Part shown: positions 56,308-64,000 of the stretch, one piece after another
Layout of the letters: every line of letters begins with the position of its first letter
Position numbering within the stretch: position 1 is the stretch's first letter
Assembly (NCBI RefSeq): GCF_001194135.2
Contig: NC_068981.1
Coordinates: 172,327,564-172,391,563, forward strand
Source of the DNA: Octopus bimaculoides
Lineage: Eukaryota
Reading direction: 5' to 3'
Length of the DNA: 64,000 nucleotides
Translations under genes and position numbers: made by a program
The notes under the pieces: generated by a model
The model's input: only the letters and a program-made list of their open reading frames with translations
Databases searched by the model: none
What the model was told of the DNA's origin: nothing

Positions 56308-56353
56308 AACACAACCTTTCAGCTGATATACCCTCCAGCCTTCATCAGGTATC
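56308..56353 (-). ncRNA. Minimal type-I hammerhead ribozyme motif, minus-arm copy
   Basis: Reverse complement reads GATAC-CTGATGA-A-GGCTG-gagggtatat-CAGCT-GAAA-GG-TT-GTGTT. Confidence 0.75.
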
Positions 56354-56437
56354 TTGGAGAAATTTCGAACCTGGGTTCTCATTCCTAAGGTATTTTTTTT
56401 CAATGTTGTTATTATTATTATTATTATTATTCAGGTC

Positions 56438-56506
56438 ACTGCCTGGAATTGAACTCGGAATATTGGGGTTATTAGCCCACACTCTTAACCACAATGCCAT
56501 ATACCC
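56438..56506 (-). ncRNA. tRNA-like module, minus-arm copy, followed by (AAT)n
   Basis: Reverse complement reads gggtatatggcattgtggttaagagtgtgggctaataaccccaatattccgagttcaattccaggcagt. Confidence 0.65.
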
Positions 56507-57588
56507 ATGGGCAATTATGGAGTGAATTTTAAGGCTTATAAATCTAATATTTTCCTGTCCTTCCCATATGCTATTCATATCTGCACTCAGTCTGCTTAGG
56601 AGGTTATTGTGTCCTAGCATATGTGCTGCTTCTTTTAGTTCTTGTATTTTCCATTGGTGTTCTCTGTCTATTATTTTAACTTCATCCCACAGTGGGGGGG
56701 TCTCCATTTTTCCATACATGATCAGCTATATCTGATTTATCAATATCTCATGTCACAGCTTTACAATGTTCCTCTACCCTTATTTTGAGGGGGCGGATGT
56801 TTTGCCTTTGTATAACCTACCACAGTTGCATGGGATGGAGTTCATGCAGTTTTTGATCATATTCTCTTCTATTGATGGTTTTACCCAAAAGAGATATTTG
56901 CGAAGTGTTGTATTACTCCTAAGTACTGTCCTGTCATATGGGCCACATATCTTTTGTAACTTTTCAGAGAAGCCTTTCACACAGGGTAGACAGACTGTAG
57001 ACAGTTTATTGGTTTCATCCTCTCTTTTCTTCATAATTGGAGTAGATAGTATGTTTTGGGGGATGAAACCAATAAACTGTCTATAGTCTGTGTGCCCGAT
57101 GTGAAAGGCCTCTCTGAAAAGGTACAAAAGATATGCGGCCCATATAACATCAGGACAGTATTCAGGAGTAATACAACACTTTGTAAATATCTCCTTCGGC
57201 TAAAACCACCAATAGAAGAGAATATGACCAAAGACTGCATGTACTCCATCCCATGCAGCTGTGGTAGATTATACAAAGGTGAAGCATGCGCCCCCTCAAA
57301 ATAAGGGTAGAGGAACATTGCAAAGCTATGACACGATGAGATATTGATAAATCGGGTATAGCTGATCATGTATGGAAAAATGGAGACCACCTCACCCGGT
57401 GAGATGAAGTTAAAATAATAGACAGAAAACACCACTGGAAAATACAAAAACTAAAAGAAGCAGCGCATATGCTAGGACACAACAACCTCCTAAGCAGACT
57501 GAGTGCAGATATGAATAGCTCCAGTATTAAGGAAAGATAGAAAAATATTAGATTTATACGCCCTAAAATTAACTCCATAATTGCCCAT

Positions 57589-57657
57589 GGGGATATGGCA
57601 TAGTGGTTAAGAGCATGGGCTACTAACCCCAAGATTCCGAGTTCAATTCCAGGCAGT
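57589..57657 (+). ncRNA. tRNA-like (SINE-head-like) Pol III module inside the PLE 3' region; not an intact tRNA gene
   Basis: A box TGGCATAGTGG (57596-57606), anticodon-like loop CTACTAA (57620-57626), B box GAGTTCAATTCC (57639-57650); acceptor stem does not pair. Confidence 0.7.
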
Positions 57658-57697
57658 TGATAACAACATCGAGAAAAATGGTTCGAAATTTCCCCAA

Positions 57698-57743
57698 GAC
57701 ACCTGATGAAGGCTGGAGAGTATATCAGCTGAAACATTGTGTT
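57698..57743 (+). ncRNA. Minimal type-I hammerhead ribozyme motif (one stem III mutation)
   Basis: GACAC-CTGATGA-A-GGCTG-gagagtatat-CAGCT-GAAA-CA-TT-GTGTT: stem I GACAC/GTGTT, core CUGAUGA and GAAA, 5-bp stem II. Confidence 0.8.
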
Positions 57744-58933
57744 AACAACAAACAAGATGAGTACAAATATCCGTCAAATGTAAATAATGTATCTGATTTT
57801 CTGTTCATTAAACATTCACTGGAAATATACCTGCATGAAAATCCAAATCTGGGGTGTTTGTAAACTTGTAATAAAAACATTGTAGCCTATTTGTCCTTGC
57901 TTTAATGAATAAATTGTAACTCTGTCATACTATGATGCTCATAGACAGTGACAGTCTTCATTGTGTGGTGCGTCGGAGAATCTGCTAATGGATAACTGTA
58001 CAAATGATAAAGACATGATTGAGATAGTGAAGTGGGTGAAGGAAATGATTTTACTATTTATAAGAAGCACAAATTTACTAGAATGGAACAAATTATTTTA
58101 ATAATTCTAAGCAGAATTTTTTACTGATAAAAGGAAGTAAAACTTGAACATTCAACAAACTAAAATCTGAAAATTATTATTGAGGAAGAATGAGAGATAA
58201 AGCTTCCAATTAATTAGTAACTTTTTGTCTAGATGTTAATTAAAATGATCAACTAATAAGCTTTATTTCACACACAGTTGAAATATATAATCAAATATTA
58301 TGTGTCTGTGTATTCCATTTGATGATGCATAATCAGCAGTGTCCATCAATTAGAGATTATTAGCCTTATTAACTTCAAGGCAGCTGGAACAGAATCAATC
58401 ACAGCTTTACTGAAAGCATTAGTAACATGTAAGCGAATTAATGACTACAGATGGGAATTGAAGCCTAGTCTTAGATTCAGCTGACTGGGAACTTGTGCCT
58501 TTTCTATGGTTATTCATAGTTTAGAATGAAATACCATTCTAAATTTTAAGAACAGTATTCTGTATATCTAGGTATCTGTAATTTAATACATTATTGTAAA
58601 AAGAAAATATTTTGTTAGGTTTTATTTGCACTTGGATTTTTCATTTATCAATTTAAAATTTCTGAACATAAAATGAACCTTGATGTTTACATGCACTATT
58701 GCTCCGTACAGCATATGTTGTAAGCTTTACTGTGGTGATTATGAAAGTTTATTTCGATGCAAAAATCAAAGCAGCCTTAAGTCACAAGACTTTTATAAGC
58801 TGCAACTTCTCTTCTTGAAGAAAATAATAATAATAGAAATATGGGTTTGCCTTTTTTTTTCTTTTTTGAAATTTTTTTTTTAAAGTTCTGTATTGAATTA
58901 TTTGACACATGTTGTTGTAGCAAAGAAGACAGA

Positions 58934-58939
58934 ACAACT

Positions 58940-58980
<41 letters not shown>
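58934..58980. repeat. (CAA)n trinucleotide repeat with CAT interruptions
   Basis: Direct reading. Confidence 0.95.
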
Positions 58981-61129
58981 GTCAAATCTCAGGGATTAGT
59001 GAAGACCATATCACAGGTACCTAAGCTATTGGTATTTCTGTTTACTATCAGATACAATTTAGTTCTGATTAGATTAGCATTGGCTGGCCCTTTTTATTCC
59101 AATGTCTCACTTAAAAACTGAGCAATTTTTATCCGGTATGCTCTCACGGGGCAGCTTAAGCAGTTTCTTCTTCAAAATGTTTTCCTCAAAACAACCAAGA
59201 TATATGATCAGATTGGTTTTCAAGTTGCCTTTAAGAAAGTGTTCGTTAATACATTTTGAGACATTTGAATAAAATTTTGCCTTTTCATTACTTGCTTCTG
59301 GACATCATATCAAACAACATTAGAATATGTATTGTAACTCCATATTTTACTTCATTGTATGATATGGTTAACTGGATATCAATGTGTTGAGGACCTTATT
59401 TGTAATCAAACAAGTTTCGTTGGATGGAATTAGCTATAAATGAAAGAGAAAATGATTTATTTCATGCTGAAAATATTAGAAACAAAGTTTTTTAAGTATA
59501 TAATTCTTTAAAGAACAACTTACCTTCTGAATATAAAAGTATGATGGGTTTCCAACAAACTTTATTTACAAAAGAATCAAATGTTGCATTAAATATAAGA
59601 GAAGTAGTTGTGTATTTTCTTTAGTCATCACCTTCATCAAGTTTCAGTTACAACTCATTTCTGATACAATGTTTCCATCATGAAAGATATTTGATTTTTT
59701 TTAGTTTCTTCTTTTCCATCCCAATAATAAACTATATTTTTCTGAAAAAAAATGATAAATTATGTGAAATATAATGTGTCTTGAATGGCACAACAATGCA
59801 GAGTGGACTATAATAACTGTTATAATTTAATTATCCATAGTCTGATATAATGATTTTTCAGAATATAAAAATTCCTTCAGATATCATTAGGAATTGATGG
59901 AGTCACTATAATCAGTTTATTTGATTTATTTGGAAATAGTTTTTATCTTACAAACAAATATACATACAAACAAACAAACAATGGGAATAATTAAATATTT
60001 ATTATTTTAATTTCTGTCTTGAACTAACATATTTTAGGAACCCTCTTATGCTTAACTCTCATGAAGATCCATCAGTCAGCTAAATGATGCTAGTTGGTTG
60101 CTCTTGATAGTTTTCGTGCATAGTATAACTGAATGTCACTTAAAGTTTTGCTTACTACTATGCATAAAATAGTGAAAATCCTATTAGGAATTAATTAGGT
60201 ACCATCAGAAATAATTGGATAATGTACTTATTACAAAGAAGACAACTTCAAATATATCGTTTTGCCTTCTTACAACTGGCATTAACATCTTTATCATTGT
60301 ATAGTGTTGATTATATTTACCATTATTTTTATTTCAACTTAGCAACAATTAACTTTCTTTGTATAAGACTTTCAAAAGCTAAATATTTTAGGGGTTTTTT
60401 TCTCCCTTTATTAATGCAATATTTGTTGGTCAAAATCTCTTCTTGTAATTCCAGTCCGATATTTTTTTCTTTCGTGGAAGATAATTATGTGCATAACTTT
60501 ACATGTTAATGGAAATTCTTAAAATTCTGAAACATTTTCTGAAAGTACTTAACTTTCTCTTGAACCCAACACCTGAACCTGTAACCTATCATGCAATGTT
60601 TTAGAAATAGATTTCCTTTCAGTTAGACTTAGTGTCAATAGTTATACTAGTTGTTTTCTAAATATATTCATAAATTATCTGTAATGATTTTTTTAAAATT
60701 ATTATTATTATTAATAAATAAATAAACTCTGGACTTAAACTACCATCCAGTTTAGTTATATAGTACTGATTATTTTCTTGCTGTTGGACATGTTCATGTC
60801 AGTCCTCTTGTTGACATAACTTTCATTAGATACAGTATTTTAAAATATATTCCTCTTGCTAGGAACATATTTTAAAAGGGGTTGTTTTAAGTTTATATAT
60901 AATGCAAATTATATTTTCTAACTGGAGGTTAACTACCATTTTTAATCTACAACTGATATTTTTAATAATGAATTTACAGATAACATTGAGAAATTGGGTT
61001 ATTAGAATAAGTTTTACATATTCCCTATAAAAACTTGGAGATTGTAAATTCAGTAAAATAATATGATATACATTTTCCGATTATTCACTTTATATCTTTC
61101 TTTCTGATATTTTTATTATCTCTACTACT

Positions 61130-61136
61130 TTCTCTC

Positions 61137-61167
<31 letters not shown>

Positions 61168-61180
61168 CTCTTTCTCTCTT

Positions 61181-61212
<32 letters not shown>

Positions 61213-61220
61213 CTACACAC
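61130..61220. repeat. Compound (TC/TTTC)n(CA)n microsatellite
   Basis: Direct reading. Confidence 0.95.
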
Positions 61221-62601
61221 TGCTTTCTCTTACACTTTCTCTTTCCCTACCTTAGTTACATCTCCCTCTTCCACCTCTCTCCCTCCCTTCAGTATTTAAG
61301 CTCATTCACTCTAGTATTGGCTCAAGCCCTTTCCTAATGATTATATTGAAATGTCTTTTCCTTATTCTTCAAAAGCATCCCTTCAAAAGATAGATATATG
61401 AATAAAATATATACCAAAATTTCTTTATAGTGTTCTTAGAGTGAAATGGAAGTAGTGGGCTTTTAGATTTATGATATTTTTATAATTTTCTCTTATTTTG
61501 AATCTAAAATTTAATAGTTTTAAAGATAGGCATAGATTAATTGATGATTTCAAAGGCTTTATAATATTATTTTTACAGTTTTCAACTCTTTCTATTCACA
61601 TATGCACATGACTCTTATCTATGAAAAAAGTCATTCTACTGATAAATTTATAAAAAATATCAAATTATTAATAACATATATTTATATTAATCAAGATACA
61701 CAGTAAAAATTATACTGAGAGCTTTTTTCTGATATAAATAGAAACCCTTCATTTGCTAGATACTCTTGAAGTACTTTTTTGATTTTCAATCAAGCCCTTG
61801 TTATCTATTTTGTATAATCATTTATACTGATAACTGTTGATATTTTAAATCAATTGGAAAAGATTATCATTTAAAATATTCTAATTATACCAAAGTTACA
61901 AGACAATTGATTTCACTTGTTGCTGATTATTGTTACAAGACTACTGAATCAAAAATTTTAGTCCCACTACTTCCCATGCAAGAAGGTGGTCTTAATTGAC
62001 CAAGAGATAATACCTCCCACAAGCCTTCATGATAAACCCTTCATGGATTTGATCTCAAAGTGAATAGCTCTTTCCTTTTTATATATAAGCTTATGGATTC
62101 TTTGCTGCTCAAAATTTGTCAAAAGTAGTTTTAAAATACCTTTATCAAATATACACACCTATGTTTTAATTTTTTTTGTTTTTGTTTTTTCCTTTTCTCC
62201 CAAGTTATTGAACAGTGTGTTAGTTTCCATAATCCCATTCCACCACTTCAACACAAAATCCCTATTCCTTTCACTTCTTCCTTATCCCCACCACTCATAT
62301 TTAAAACATTATTGATCTGTCAATAATCACTCTCTCCCTGCTTTTGGCACATAACTTGCAAATGCATTTCCTTAATGCACCATATTTTTCTCTTTCATCT
62401 GGATCACCTTGCAACCCTTTTTGCATGCCCACTCACAATTTTACTGGTCAGGGTTCAACACTGGTAAGTCTATTTGGCTTATGTGACCTGTCCCCAATTT
62501 TGTATGCCTCGCTCGTTCCTCCTGTGCTCTTTTTTTTTTTTTCTTTATCCCATGTCAGTTTTCTATTTTTGCGTAATGCCTGTTGTCTAAAATTTGCTAA
62601 C

Positions 62602-62618
62602 ATATATATATGTGTATG

Positions 62619-62683
<65 letters not shown>
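62602..62683. repeat. (TA)n microsatellite
   Basis: Direct reading. Confidence 0.98.
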
Positions 62684-62685
<2 letters not shown>

Positions 62686-63928
62686 TTTCCTCTCCTTACC
62701 CTATTGAAATATATTTGCCTGTGTCCTCTATTGAATGTTTTCTCAAGGCTAGCCGTCTTTTGTGAGCTATCTCTAGCACATATGGCTGTTAAAACATCTA
62801 ACAGTGCCCAGTAGATTTACTACATGTAGGCAGATTATTATAAAACTTTTTATTTCATTTTATTTTCTATATTGGTATTACTGTTTTAATTCTCATTTGT
62901 ATGACCTCAATGTTGAATGCCAATCAATGTTAAGAAGCGTCTGTTTTGAGGCACACATTGGAAAATTTGCCCCCATTTTTTCCTCTTATAGGTTTCTTTG
63001 AGAACACAAACATCTTTAGTTTGTTTTTTAAATTCATTTCTTTTTGCATTTTTTTAAAAATTATTTGATTATAATTTTTATCAGTTTGACTGTATCATCT
63101 GCACTGAAATGATAAAATTTTGTGTCTCACAATCTAAGAATCTAATTGTTATTATGAGGTTCCTTTCTTCAAGCCATTGTTGTATTTTTTATATGTAACA
63201 TATTCGAAAATAATTCAATAACACATTTCTTTTAATTTTGTAGCTGTTTCATTTGAAATGTTTTTAAATAGCCATTTGGTATGTCTTGTGACAAATTTTT
63301 GTCTAATCTCAATTATTTTCCTGGTGAAGAAGAGAATAGAAGTTTTCTTGAAATTCTATCATTTCCAATTAAAATATTTATCTTGTCTTTATTTCCTTAG
63401 CTTATTCTAAAACAGTTTTTCAAAAGCTTCAATTTAAGGCTTTTATTTGTTTTAAAGAAAATCATTCTGTTTCAGTGGTTAAAATAATAAAACTGCACCT
63501 GCACAATTTCAATTTGCACTTTTGAATACTCAAATAACTAAAGTTCAAATTTTCCATTGGTTGTCTCAGACAGTGCATGACTATAGCATACATTTTTTTC
63601 TCAGATTTTGTTTGTTTTATTTTATTATTCCTGCCATACTATACAAATGGCCAATTAGACGGTTGAATTATTTATTATTGGTTTGAATTAGACTCACATG
63701 TTTCACTTTTTTTGTTGTACTTTGCTATATATTTCTCAAGAAATTGTTGAAACCTGTGTTGCTGTAATATTAGTAAACTAGAATCTTGGTTTATTTTTCT
63801 TGCTCTTAGGCCTGAATGCTTCCATTTTAGAGTTGGCTGAAATTTGGTTGTTTCTTTTTTACATACATACAAACACACATGTTCACAATTACAAGCACAG
63901 ACATTGTCATGTTAATGTGTGTGTATGT

Positions 63929-63930
<2 letters not shown>

Positions 63931-64000
<70 letters not shown>
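63931..64000. repeat. Compound (AT)n(AG)n microsatellite running off the window
   Basis: Direct reading. Confidence 0.98.

Larger units (their letters stand above)
56230..57060 (-). mobile_element. Penelope-like retroelement, 5'-truncated, minus arm: GIY-YIG endonuclease remnant plus 3' region
   Basis: Reads ...NSIPCNCGRLYKG...IRVEEHCK...DIADHVWKNGD...WDEVKIIDREHQWKIQELKEAAHM, the GIY-YIG C-terminal domain typical of PLEs. Confidence 0.88.
57061..57791 (+). mobile_element. Penelope-like retroelement, plus arm, inverted relative to the minus arm
   Basis: VKGLSEKVQKICGPYNIRTVFRSNTTL...CMYSIPCSCGRLYKGE; reverse complement of 56260-57020 with scattered differences. Confidence 0.88.

Noticed and set aside
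57589-57657. Possible functional tRNA-Ser(ACT) gene
   Set aside because: Acceptor and T stems do not pair properly and it lies inside a retroelement; treated as a tRNA-derived module.
48100-64000. Search for the CaM-binding exon (RKEVIRNKIRAIGKMARVF) at acceptors near 50748, 55330, 60039 and 61580
   Set aside because: None translates to the expected peptide; the exon probably lies beyond the window, though the 561-N gap cannot be excluded.

Overview
AT-rich eukaryotic (metazoan) genomic window with two N gaps, each preceded by a (TA)n run. It holds the central part of one large + strand gene: eight coding exons (900 nt, equivalent to human PPP3CA exons 3-10) of the calcineurin A catalytic subunit. 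They run from the GDIHG motif through the calcineurin-B-binding helix. The first two exons and the CaM-binding/autoinhibitory exons were not found and probably lie outside the window. The introns are dense with repeats: at least four SINE-like families, RTE and CR1-like LINE remnants, a TIR/TSD-bounded Charlie/Buster-type hAT element, a second heavily decayed hobo-like hAT transposase with a nested SINE, and long microsatellites. From recall, not a search, the repeat repertoire looks like an octopus (coleoid cephalopod) genome. The most notable structure is a Penelope-like (GIY-YIG) retroelement present as a head-to-head inverted twin (56.2-57.8 kb). Each arm carries a tRNA-like Pol III promoter module followed by a minimal hammerhead ribozyme with a palindromic stem III, and a derivative at 15.7 kb has lost exactly that module. 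Other candidates are an alternative terminal exon 81 nt after the last exon, which would truncate calcineurin before its regulatory domains, and an inverted SINE pair flanking three exons.
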